This document shows, piece after piece, positions 49,201 to 57,738 of a stretch of DNA of 64,000 bases. The number at the start of each line of letters is the position of its first letter. Position 1 is the first letter of the stretch. The stretch is from the IMG/VR virus record IMGVR_UViG_3300032116_000001, positions 314,849-378,848 of that record; one strand, given 5' to 3'. Both the position numbers and the translations under genes were made by a program. The notes under the pieces were generated by a model. It saw nothing but the letters and a program-made list of their open reading frames with translations. It searched no databases and had not been told where the DNA came from.

Positions 49201-50503
49201 TTTGCCCTGATTTACAATAGGATTTCCATTCCTCAAGATTCTTTAATCCCAGTGATCTAGCATAATCACGAGCATCTTCAAACGGCTTGTAAACACGATC
49301 TTGAGAGGCGATAGTTCCCGTTCCTAACCAATCACCATATCCATTCCATCCCTGATCTTTATATGATCTATCGGGATTAGCAGGAATATCATCAGGTTTT
49401 TGTCCCGATTTGTAATAGGATTTCCATTCCTCACGATTCTTCAGCCCCAATGATCTGGCATGATCGCGAGCATCTTCGAATGGCCTAAAAACACGATCTT
49501 GAGGGGCGACAGTTCCAGTTCCTAACCAATCGCCATATCCATTCCATCCCTGATCTTTATAAACGTGATCGGGAGCGGCAGGAATATCATCAGGTTTTTG
49601 CCCTGATTTACAATAGGATTTCCATTCCTCAAGATTCTTTAATCCCAATGATCTGGCATGATCGCGAGCATCTTCAAACGGCCTAAAAACACGATCTTGA
49701 AGGGCGATAGTTCCAGTTCCTAACCAATCGCCATATCCATTCCATCCCTGATCTTTATAAACGTGATCGGGATGGGCAGGAATATCATCAGGTTTTTGTC
49801 CCGATTTACAATAAGAATACCATTCATCACGATTCTTCAATCCCAATGATCTAGTATAATCGCGAGCATTTTCAAACGGCTTGTAAACACGATTAAAACT
49901 GGCGATAGTTCCAGTTCCCAACCAATCACCCATCCCAATCCATCCCTGATCTTTATATGACTGATAGGGAGCGGCAGGAATATCATCAGGTTTTTGTCCC
50001 GATTTACAGTAGGATTCCCATTCACGTAGTGATTTTAATCCCAATGATCTAACCTGATCGCGAGCATTTTCAAACGGCTTGTAAACACGATTAAAACTGG
50101 CGATAGTTCCAGTTCCCAACCAATCACCCCATCCTTTCCATTCCTGATCCTTGTAGGACCTATCGGGATTATAAGGAATATCATCAGGTTTTTGTCCCGA
50201 TTTGCAATATGATTTCCATTCACGTAGTGATTTTAATCCCAATGACCTAGCATGATCGCGAGCATCTTCAAACGGCTTGTAAACACGATCTTTAGGAGCG
50301 ATAGTTCCAGTTCCTAACCAATCACCCCATCCTTTCCATCCCTTATCCTTGTAAGACCTATCGGGAGTAGTAGGAATATCATCAGGTCTTTGTCCCGATT
50401 TGCAATAAGATGACCATTCCTCACGATTCTTCAATCCCAATGATCTAGCGTAATCCCGAGCAGATTTGAAGTCTAAAAATTTTCTTGTTTTAGTAATTGA
50501 CAT
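46274..50503 (-). CDS. 8 x 66 aa repeat + SF2 helicase + RRP8-like SAM methyltransferase
   Basis: GTGAGKT, DEIH, SAT, TGVDGLQ, QLIGRIHR; YHTLY...W..P, DLGCGE, FSLSLMG. Confidence 0.88.
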   Translation of the reverse strand: MSITKTRKFLDFKSARDYARSLGLKNREEWSSYCKSGQRPDDIPTTPDRSYKDKGWKGWGDWLGTGTIAPKDRVYKPFEDARDHARSLGLKSLREWKSYCKSGQKPDDIPYNPDRSYKDQEWKGWGDWLGTGTIASFNRVYKPFENARDQVRSLGLKSLREWESYCKSGQKPDDIPAAPYQSYKDQGWIGMGDWLGTGTIASFNRVYKPFENARDYTRSLGLKNRDEWYSYCKSGQKPDDIPAHPDHVYKDQGWNGYGDWLGTGTIALQDRVFRPFEDARDHARSLGLKNLEEWKSYCKSGQKPDDIPAAPDHVYKDQGWNGYGDWLGTGTVAPQDRVFRPFEDARDHARSLGLKNREEWKSYYKSGQKPDDIPANPDRSYKDQGWNGYGDWLGTGTIASQDRVYKPFEDARDYARSLGLKNLEEWKSYCKSGQKPDDIPVAPHQSYKDQGWIGMGDWLGTGTVAPQDRVFRPFEDARDYARSLRLKSQGEWSPYCKSGQKPDDIPGDPSKSYKDRGWTSWSDFLGYQGHWNSRSYLGFLKSIQSLAPYLDASELYLIQMQSGLAKAASLGTSKASKLIKRLEEIIDSNKSDEEKQAILDEIIKDTEDAIENGEITDEELDDFDDFDDYQVVDTVADDEANGPRATGIAALTANHPIKPLKSRDFSTPDNLVGNIPAMADGEAIGFMIANRTQRLWNAFLNNGEDINAPDIQEVLSYSDKGEYYQVIVNKFLTQLEQAKNIPIPDGYKFRLKGQTEITLPNMMQRLTTVLVQNQSYVLNMSGTGAGKTLSAVFTSRVIDARVTVIVAMNATLSGWESVIKNTFPDSVVFTKDLDTVDFDRDKHNYVILNFESFQQPNSSNYVRKLLESASIDFLVIDEIHNIKQRSEDESKRLQILRALRVQAQENNPELKVLGMSATPVINNLMEGKKLLEFVTGHEYKDLMHKSNVNNALRLHYHLVINGIRYRPSYMDQPREHHPEIDASDHIDNLLKVPKGDVVAMERALLKIKMPTLLANIKKGTIVYSHYVGGGELTQMIADEIRAKLKLKVGIFTGEDNTGVDLFRDGKVDVLVGSKPVSTGVDGLQHVSNRMVISSLPWTAAEYHQLIGRIHRQGSKFTDEGVDIVIPVVYVEGFVEGGIKPLRWSYDESRLGRIHYKRTLADCAVDGTVAKGELADPSKMLKKSQEALDKWVERLENDEIMLIDRSMLIIPLPPEVEIEAKRRHGDFSEMNRRWNITNSQKTHKRLQDDPSEWYLYHTLYGDKRKNWEEIPYEKIAEKINQMSQRLVVADLGCGEALLAKALPNHRVHSFDHIAINEDVVSCDISKIPLMNGDIDVAVFSLSLMGCNLGEYLTEAHRCLANGGTLMIAEPKDRWSDCVSELIQEIESAGFVIEEQEIRYQFLYVTARKPL
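48915..50490 (-). repeat. coding tandem array of 8 x 198 bp units
   Basis: Periodicity 198 (tgtcccga at 50193 and 50391); near-identical blocks between units. Confidence 0.95.
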
Positions 50504-51021
50504 AATTATTATATGATTTTGAAATAAATAAAAAGGGTATTTTTTAATTTTCTAGCAACAGGGCCTCGCCAACGATCCCCGAACAGAATATGAAATTGTT
50601 CAGCGATTATATGGCCTTTCGTTTATATAATGTACATCGTGTTAATATAGATCATTCCCATCAAGGCGGATGATCGCGAGCAAATTATTAATGTGATGTT
50701 TTAAGCCGCGGTAAGATTTTTCATTCTTAATGACTTTATAAAACTGTTTTACTAAGGCCTTCCGCAATCTTCATATCCCGCCGCAATAAACGATATAAAA
50801 TCGGCATTAAACATTACAATTGGTGATCGCCCAAACTCATTAATCCCAAAATGCGTATCAATGTAATGGCCATAAACGCCAGTGAAGAACACGTCTCCGT
50901 GTTCGTTCCAAATTCTGTTGACCAACACGGGAATATCCGACATATACATTGCCTTCTGTCTAATATCTCGATAACTACTGAATTCATAAACACCATAGTG
51001 ATTAAAGACTTCTGTGTAAAT

Positions 51022-51348
51022 TTAAGTATATTTCCAAGCATAAGGATGGGCCTGTATAGTTGACAGCAAGTCTTTTGCAGATTCAGGAGCAGATTCAACT
51101 ACACGCAAGTATCTTTGAGCCTGCACATTGGCCATGTTGTAAACTTCGTCCAATTTAAGTTCCTTATGAACTCGCGGGCAAGAAGTAAAACCCGCTCGCC
51201 AGACTGAGTAATTACCTGATGCCCGAGCCAAACGAACAATCATATCGATTGTTTCGCCCGTGGGGTCTTCTGTGTATTTTTTATACATTTCTTGGACCAT
51301 ATATCCAAGAGTTTGTTCTCTGGTATTAAATTTGTAAAAATCTTTCAT
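51022..51348 (-). CDS. hypothetical protein
   Basis: 108 aa ORF. Confidence 0.6.
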   Translation of the reverse strand: MKDFYKFNTREQTLGYMVQEMYKKYTEDPTGETIDMIVRLARASGNYSVWRAGFTSCPRVHKELKLDEVYNMANVQAQRYLRVVESAPESAKDLLSTIQAHPYAWKYT

Positions 51349-51369
51349 ATCTTATATATCCGATCATTC

Positions 51370-51774
51370 TTAAGAAAACAAATCATCCTCTTCAATAAGA
51401 TCAACAGAACTCGACATCTTATCAGCATCTTCAAAAGACGGCAGTGATCCATTTTCAGCAAAGTATTGTAACACGGGAAGCAATTGGCGCACTTGGTTTT
51501 GAGTTAAATGCATGCTTGTGCTAATTAGAACTTCTTTCGGGATTGGATATGTAACCCATCCGCTTTCGCCCTTGGTATCAATTCCAAGCTTTTTCGCGTC
51601 AGAAGACATGATTTTAGGATCGGGACACGTGATTCCAAGCCAAATTGCATCAAAGCATGCCGCACTGGACTTTTGGATTCTACATTCGCATCCGCACTGA
51701 TCGTGGAACTTCAATCCACCAAAACCACGAACATCATAGGGGGTTTTAAAAAAACTTGATTCATTCATAATCAA
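51370..51774 (-). CDS. hypothetical phage protein
   Basis: F.D.CG..C.IQKSS.A..DAIWLG pattern. Confidence 0.7.
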   Translation of the reverse strand: MIMNESSFFKTPYDVRGFGGLKFHDQCGCECRIQKSSAACFDAIWLGITCPDPKIMSSDAKKLGIDTKGESGWVTYPIPKEVLISTSMHLTQNQVRQLLPVLQYFAENGSLPSFEDADKMSSSVDLIEEDDLFS

Positions 51775-51851
51775 TTGTTTCTACGATAGTGCGAATGCTT
51801 TTGACAGCACTATCGTAGGCCTAAGTGCCTTGATGATTTTTAAGAAACAGC

Positions 51852-52742
51852 CTAATCGGGAAAGTATTCTTCACCGTTTAGATAATAGCGTTTGGTGCCA
51901 TCAGAGTAAAGCACCGCGGGAAGATTATTATCTCGATGTATTCTTCCTTTACGCATCCAAAATCTGGTGCCGCTGCCCATAATAATAGCAGGCTTATCTT
52001 CATCGCGATGGATTTGTCCATTCTGATACCACTTTTGATTTCCGTTGGAATCTATGATCGCGGGCAAATCATTGTCTCGATGAATAACGCCGCTTCTGTA
52101 CCACACTTGTCTTCCGTCCGCGTACAATTCAGCGGGCAAGCTTTCGTCAACTCGGCCTGTTTTTCCATGTTGACACCACTTTTGATAACCATCTAAACAT
52201 ACAATGGCGGGCAAATCATTACCTCGATGAAACTTTCCATGTATGAGCCAAAATTGACTAAAATCTGCCGAAATTACTGCGGGCAAATCATTACCTCGAT
52301 GCCTCACGCCGTCTTTATACCACGCTTGATACCCACTAGCCATTGTTATAGCTGGTTTATCTCCGTCGCGATGAAGCTTTCCGTTTTGAAGCCACTTTTG
52401 GCATCCATTACTGTAAATTATTGCTGGGAGGTCATTGTCTCTGTGTATAAATCCATCTTTAAAATAAATTTGATTCCCGTCGTATTCAATTTTATCCACG
52501 GGAGGCATCAATCTCATTTTTTTCACGCAAATAAAATGCTCATCATCCTCAAGTTGAGAATATCCGTTGTCCCAGTCAATTTCCACAGGAAAAATCCTAT
52601 CCACATCTAAAATCCATGGAGTGGGATGATCCGTAACATAAAACCCTTCTTCCCCCCCAATCTTCATCCCCTGCAACATACTCGCTCCATTTTGCGGGCT
52701 TATTATTTTCGGGTATATAAAGTTTTTTTCCTTCTTCCTCAC
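51852..52742 (-). CDS. protein with 8 x 24 aa MORN-like HRDNDLPA repeats
   Basis: HR(D/G)NDLPA(I/V)...G.Q.WY..G repeated 8 times. Confidence 0.85.
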   Translation of the reverse strand: MRKKEKNFIYPKIISPQNGASMLQGMKIGGEEGFYVTDHPTPWILDVDRIFPVEIDWDNGYSQLEDDEHFICVKKMRLMPPVDKIEYDGNQIYFKDGFIHRDNDLPAIIYSNGCQKWLQNGKLHRDGDKPAITMASGYQAWYKDGVRHRGNDLPAVISADFSQFWLIHGKFHRGNDLPAIVCLDGYQKWCQHGKTGRVDESLPAELYADGRQVWYRSGVIHRDNDLPAIIDSNGNQKWYQNGQIHRDEDKPAIIMGSGTRFWMRKGRIHRDNNLPAVLYSDGTKRYYLNGEEYFPD

Positions 52743-52802
52743 TTAGCGTATGGTTTTGGAACATGACGTAAAATTGTTTGTTTCTAAGTTCGTTCATAAT
52801 AT

Positions 52803-53291
52803 TCACTGTTTTGTTTGTTTTACAGATTCCTTCATATAGTTTTGTTTAGAATAATATCGGCCTTGATGTATCCAAATTTCACCACTTTTGATCATGTAAA
52901 GTATCCACAAGGATAACATATCTTTGTTAACTGTGGGAAAATTGGCGCTCACCGTGTCGTGACAAATCCCCCTGGGCGCGGGCTTCAGCATGTCAAGCAA
53001 AGTCTTTCGAAATTCTTCTTTGGTGAATTCTTGTTCTTTAGAGTCTTGTTTTTCTAATTCTGGCAGAATTTTAAGTTTAACAATATCACCATTTAAAGAC
53101 AATCTTTCCATGTATTTTTTCGCCATAACACGACTAGAAAATCCAAGGATTTCCCCCTCACCATCATTGTCATTGTTTAGTAAAAATTCGCCATCAACCT
53201 TGATGAAATAAATTTCACTCATATCTTTGCATATGTCTTCGCCAATGCTAAGATTCCGTCCATCCCAAGTGATTAAAATTGGTTTTGTCAT
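52803..53291 (-). CDS. hypothetical protein
   Basis: 162 aa, ATGA overlap with the upstream gene. Confidence 0.65.
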   Translation of the reverse strand: MTKPILITWDGRNLSIGEDICKDMSEIYFIKVDGEFLLNNDNDGEGEILGFSSRVMAKKYMERLSLNGDIVKLKILPELEKQDSKEQEFTKEEFRKTLLDMLKPAPRGICHDTVSANFPTVNKDMLSLWILYMIKSGEIWIHQGRYYSKQNYMKESVKQTKQ

Positions 53292-53515
53292 TTTTGCTCC
53301 ATAAAATATTCTTCCACATCCCTGCTTGCGCCATTTGTGTTAATTAATTCGTCAATTTCTTCTTTCCAGTAATTTATCATGTCATTAATAGCGCCACTGT
53401 CCTCGCCACCAGCGACGGCCCAGCCGTCAACATCACGAGACACAGTGTAATATATTAGTTTTTTTGCAAAGCTTTCAACAGTTATGGTGAACCCTCGATG
53501 ATAATACACAGTCAT
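53288..53515 (-). CDS. hypothetical protein
   Basis: 75 aa in a coupled run of genes. Confidence 0.55.
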   Translation of the reverse strand: MTVYYHRGFTITVESFAKKLIYYTVSRDVDGWAVAGGEDSGAINDMINYWKEEIDELINTNGASRDVEEYFMEQK

Positions 53516-53516
53516 T

Positions 53517-53882
53517 TTATGATTTTCTCCGCAATAGATTTTTAGCCGTGCCGCTATTTTCTTTTCCTGGTCTTACCCAGGCAATATCTTCGTCAGAGGC
53601 CAATGTCATAGCTTCGTCCCGATCAGTATCCGATTCATATCCCCCTTTGGTTGGAAAACCAGGGTTGTATCTCGGGGAATCAAACATATGAAATATGGTG
53701 ACTTTTAATCCTGATGCTGATCGAAGAGACCAAAGATAATCAATCGCCATGCGATCAGTTCCTGGGGCATCGCCGATCACAAAATGATCGCCATTTACCA
53801 CAGAACTAAAAATTTTCCCAACATAATGTTTTTCAAATTCTTTCGGAGTAATATCCAAATGACCGCTAATGAATTTGATCAT
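53517..53882 (-). CDS. SLOG-like (YspA/DprA-type) small protein
   Basis: ISGH...FVIGDAPGTD.MA..YL...RDEAM. Confidence 0.6.
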   Translation of the reverse strand: MIKFISGHLDITPKEFEKHYVGKIFSSVVNGDHFVIGDAPGTDRMAIDYLWSLRSASGLKVTIFHMFDSPRYNPGFPTKGGYESDTDRDEAMTLASDEDIAWVRPGKENSGTAKNLLRRKS

Positions 53883-54835
53883 AAAAACACCCCCTTTTCC
53901 AGCGCGGAAAGTTCCCATTCCACATTTGCCCTGGCCGTGCTTTCCATCGTAGGAGTTGCAGCACGACTAGTATAAATCTTTGGACGATCAAGCATGCCCT
54001 CAAGGAAGTTTATTCGTCCCTTTCTATAATCGGGGTCTGATATGTGGCCGTACTCTTTTCTTATAGCGCGAGCATATCTCATATACTTATTTGTTGATGT
54101 TGAAAATACTTCCATATCCGCATCTAAAAGCATGGCAACAACTGGGCTTTCCGTTTTATGATGCTTTGTTGCCATGATGCCACGTTCATGATTTCTTCCA
54201 GGCCAGAGATCAAGAATACTTGGTAATTCGTTTTTATTTAACCCCGCGCCCATTGAATTCACTTGGCGAAAATAATTAATATCATTCATATTTGATAACA
54301 TGAATTCAGCTGAATTTTGCTCATTATTCATATCTCCGATTTGATAACAAATATCGTGATACAAGGCGTCAATCAAAAGCCAAGGATAGTTTATCCCCGA
54401 GTGCTTAAGTAAAAACAAAACAACTTCTCGCATGTGCTTTTCATTGTGCCAAAACCTATGAGGTTCTGAATAACAAGCGCTGATGTTTCTGGCAATTGCT
54501 TCAATGTTTTCTTTGCATACGTATCTATCAAAAACCATATTAAAAACATCGGACGCATTTGGTAAAAGCCAATCAACTTTAGGGTCATTGACGCAAAATG
54601 CTTCAACCTGGCGATATATAGTGTGTCTGAGGCTGAAATTTGCGGGGGATACTTCAGAATAATTCAACCATCTGGATTTAGAAGCTCCAAAACAACTGCA
54701 CCGAACCTTGACCTTTTCTCTCGATTTTCGATTATCGACAATTTCTCCGATATTTAGCGCATATCTATGCCTACTATCGGGATCAGTAAACACGAACGGG
54801 GTGTTTACCGATACTATTTTCTTTACATCCAGCAT
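53879..54835 (-). CDS. HD-superfamily phosphohydrolase
   Basis: YSEPHRFWH..H, LYHD, NEQNSA, LLDAD, EYGH...Y..GR. Confidence 0.8.
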   Translation of the reverse strand: MLDVKKIVSVNTPFVFTDPDSRHRYALNIGEIVDNRKSREKVKVRCSCFGASKSRWLNYSEVSPANFSLRHTIYRQVEAFCVNDPKVDWLLPNASDVFNMVFDRYVCKENIEAIARNISACYSEPHRFWHNEKHMREVVLFLLKHSGINYPWLLIDALYHDICYQIGDMNNEQNSAEFMLSNMNDINYFRQVNSMGAGLNKNELPSILDLWPGRNHERGIMATKHHKTESPVVAMLLDADMEVFSTSTNKYMRYARAIRKEYGHISDPDYRKGRINFLEGMLDRPKIYTSRAATPTMESTARANVEWELSALEKGVFL

Positions 54836-54843
54836 ATTATTCC

Positions 54844-55704
54844 TTAATTGTTATTTTTAAAATCATCAGGCAAAGATTCCATAAGCGGATACGGAAGATT
54901 TTCTACATCCACCCATTCCCATCGATCACACTTGTCTGGCTCTTTGTTTTCCAGAACTCCTCCCGCTAACTTACAAGCAACGTAAAGGGTGATATAATGC
55001 TTTTTAAGATCATGGTATATTGTTTTTGTGTATCCATATCTTCGAGAATTATTATCGGGAATTACTACAAGCCCAGTTTCTTCTAATGTTTCTCTTATAG
55101 CCGTTTCTTCTGGTGTTTCTCCCCACTCCATATGTCCTCCAGGGAACGCCCAGCACCCATCGCCAAGCTTGGATTTTCTCAATCCCATAAGGACTTGTTT
55201 GCGACTATCGTCTTTGAAAATAATTGCACCTACTCCTACAAGCGGGCCTTCGGGGACAATAGTTTTTCCTCCGAAGGCCTCGGAGTCCATAAAGGCATTT
55301 AACAACAAGGAATACACTCGCGAATTGGGTCTTCGCCGCTCGTAAAATTCACGATCATTGCCATTATAGAACTTGGAAATTGCGGCCCCGATCCCAGCCG
55401 ACCTTGAAATGCCAGCCTCACAATGAACTACGATGGTTGTCAATTCAGGCCATAACTTCACGAAATTTACAATTTGACTTGCGTCACTTTCCGTAAACAA
55501 AACCCCGCCCCTATCTGAAGAATAATCCAAGTCATGGAATTGAAGGCTCAAAACATCAAGTCTATTTGGGCATGATCTCAAAGAAACACGCTTGCTACCA
55601 GGATCGGAAACTGAAATAACAATATAGGGATCATTCAACTGAAAATGACTCATGTCATGTCTTGATAAGACGTGAATGTGACGGATGCTTCCGCGAAACA
55701 ACAT
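54844..55704 (-). CDS. CX5R phosphatase-Nudix hydrolase fusion
   Basis: VHCEAGISRS; PGGHMEWGETPEETAIRETLEETGL Nudix box, EPDKC..WEW (NUDT15-like). Confidence 0.88.
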   Translation of the reverse strand: MLFRGSIRHIHVLSRHDMSHFQLNDPYIVISVSDPGSKRVSLRSCPNRLDVLSLQFHDLDYSSDRGGVLFTESDASQIVNFVKLWPELTTIVVHCEAGISRSAGIGAAISKFYNGNDREFYERRRPNSRVYSLLLNAFMDSEAFGGKTIVPEGPLVGVGAIIFKDDSRKQVLMGLRKSKLGDGCWAFPGGHMEWGETPEETAIRETLEETGLVVIPDNNSRRYGYTKTIYHDLKKHYITLYVACKLAGGVLENKEPDKCDRWEWVDVENLPYPLMESLPDDFKNNN

Positions 55705-55739
55705 ATCTGTTCTACGAAAGAAATCAACTATTGTTTCTT

Positions 55740-55988
55740 TTAATATTCCCAGTCCCAGGAAATTTTACTACTCAGCCCGCCAAGATGCAGAACTACAGAT
55801 TTTAAACTAATGATATCGCCGACTTCTAAACACCACGATTTGGGCAAATTAACTCTGATTCTACGCCCCTCATTAATATAGTATCTTCTAGGGCCGAAAA
55901 AATGTTCGACAGTGCATTCTTGATATTTTGCGGCTTCTAACACAACACTGTCCCACAAAACTCTGTTATGAATTTGTTTTACAACCAT
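55740..55988 (-). CDS. hypothetical protein
   Basis: 82 aa ORF downstream of a promoter-like hairpin. Confidence 0.5.
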   Translation of the reverse strand: MVVKQIHNRVLWDSVVLEAAKYQECTVEHFFGPRRYYINEGRRIRVNLPKSWCLEVGDIISLKSVVLHLGGLSSKISWDWEY

Positions 55989-56055
55989 ACGTATAATACG
56001 TTAAAATAGGACGATAGTTAACAAAACTGTCGTCCTATTTTAACGTAAGCAATGT

Positions 56056-56934
56056 TTATTCTTTCAGCGCATCAATTTCGGCCTGAACCTTGGCTTTCTT
56101 TAATGCAAGAAGCTCAAGTTCAAGGCGAATTAGTTCTTCGCGCTCAGACTGAACACGTGGATCAACATCTGTTGATTCTGATACTTCTAAAATCGGCGCA
56201 CTGCGCTTGTCGCCATGCACTATTCTAGCCGCTGTTCTTACAGAAGGCTTGTGCGAGGGCTTTTGCACCACCAATGTTAAGCTGATCGTCGTATATGCGC
56301 TTTCAATTTCCATGGGAATCTCAGAAAACTTTTGATCAGAATGTTCGCCTTCAACGGTGCAGCCAACTTCATACTTTTCAGAAGTAAATTGTTGCGACTT
56401 AGAAGTAGAAGCGCTATAGTAAGAAGCGCATTGAACGCCCCTAAGACTATTGCCAGGATCGTGGCCCCAAGTCATATAGGGCTTGATTCCAATCGGTTCA
56501 CGATAGGGAGGATACCACGGCTCGTGAACAGGCTTGCGCAGATAATCTTGAAGTTTTTTAATTGCTTCATCGATATTGAGTGACCGTTGATAATGCCATC
56601 TCACTTCAATTTTGCCCATACTTTTGTCTGAGCTATTGTTTTTCCCAAATTCAATAGCCTCAGGTGAATCAGTGGAAACAAATTTAAATTTAACAGCCTT
56701 GTCAAGAGGTCTTTCAAGGTCAACATATTTGTTTTTATCTACAACAATTCCGTTCGGAGTAACAAGTTCTCCGTCAATGTAAACAAATGCGACAGCATTG
56801 CGCTCTTTGTTTTTGTTGCGAAGATGGATCGAATATTCTGACCCATCGGGGATGATTACTGAGCCGTTAGAAAGCTCTCTTTGTGCGACATTGCCTACTT
56901 TAATGGCAACAACGAAGTTATTACAGTACACCAT
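56056..56934 (-). CDS. hypothetical phage protein
   Basis: GSEYSIHLRN...VYIDG...LER pattern, coiled-coil tail. Confidence 0.7.
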   Translation of the reverse strand: MVYCNNFVVAIKVGNVAQRELSNGSVIIPDGSEYSIHLRNKNKERNAVAFVYIDGELVTPNGIVVDKNKYVDLERPLDKAVKFKFVSTDSPEAIEFGKNNSSDKSMGKIEVRWHYQRSLNIDEAIKKLQDYLRKPVHEPWYPPYREPIGIKPYMTWGHDPGNSLRGVQCASYYSASTSKSQQFTSEKYEVGCTVEGEHSDQKFSEIPMEIESAYTTISLTLVVQKPSHKPSVRTAARIVHGDKRSAPILEVSESTDVDPRVQSEREELIRLELELLALKKAKVQAEIDALKE

Positions 56935-57166
56935 TTTTCTCCTTTTTCGTCTTTACCCTCATTCAGACCGTTTGACGCTTCAATGGTTTTTAGCATCGAG
57001 GGAAGTGTATTTACGAAATTAAATTCCGCAATTGTATTTATACAACATAATTGTTATTAATCCTTCGCAAATACAATTTTAATACGGCAGTGGAATCATT
57101 ATTGTTCCCGAGTGTTACAAAAAATCCACCCGTTTTTCGGGTGATGTCACCCGCTTTTCGGGTGGA

Positions 57167-57460
57167 TTAAAGTTCTTTTCGCCACTTAACCCAGGCATAT
57201 TTTGGGCCACAGTCTTTTGCATTTCCGTTGGAACCAACGATCATTGTCCTTTCTTTTCTAAGGCTCGCAACTTTTCTTTTTAGTCTAGAAAGACTTAGAA
57301 AAGGCCCCGAATTGAGCACACGTTGTTCAACTGAAAATGCCTTCGCAAAAGACCTTGATGTTTTCATCGACAAATAATATCGGGGCTCATTATTTTTGTA
57401 AGCCTGATAATACCGCTGTTTAGTCATCCTCTTCTTTTTGATTGTTTGATTCCCAAACAT
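57167..57460 (-). CDS. hypothetical basic protein
   Basis: 97 aa ORF. Confidence 0.45.
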   Translation of the reverse strand: MFGNQTIKKKRMTKQRYYQAYKNNEPRYYLSMKTSRSFAKAFSVEQRVLNSGPFLSLSRLKRKVASLRKERTMIVGSNGNAKDCGPKYAWVKWRKEL

Positions 57461-57608
57461 CTACAAAAACTTGGGCTCGACGAAAAGATTCCTTTGCCAA
57501 GGACTTAAGATCGTCATCAGAAAGCGAAGAAGGCTTGTTGCTCATCATCGAAATATAAATCTCAGACGCAATGGCTGCGCAAGAATCTTGTTGCAAACTA
57601 TTATTCAT
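57420..57608 (-). CDS. hypothetical protein
   Basis: Start MNNSLQ at 57608, downstream of the tRNA. Confidence 0.55.
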   Translation of the reverse strand: MNNSLQQDSCAAIASEIYISMMSNKPSSLSDDDLKSLAKESFRRAQVFVDVWESNNQKEEDD

Positions 57609-57621
57609 ATGCTTTTCAAAA

Positions 57622-57696
57622 TGGTGCGGGGGAGGGATTCGAACCCATCGAGACTCCAGGGTATGAACCTGGCATGATACCTCTTCACCACCCCGC
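57622..57696 (-). tRNA. tRNA with CAT anticodon (Met or Ile2 undetermined)
   Basis: GCGGGG...CCCCGCACCA, CCAGG-TTCATAC-CCTGG, GGTTCGAATCC. Confidence 0.88.
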
Positions 57697-57738
57697 ATTT
57701 GTTATACGCTTTGTGTTACACAAAAATTAGCATATGAT

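Noticed and set aside
48915-50490. CRISPR array or DGR template/variable repeats
   Set aside because: The units are in-frame 198 bp coding repeats without spacers, variation is not adenine-specific, and no reverse transcriptase or cas gene is in the window.
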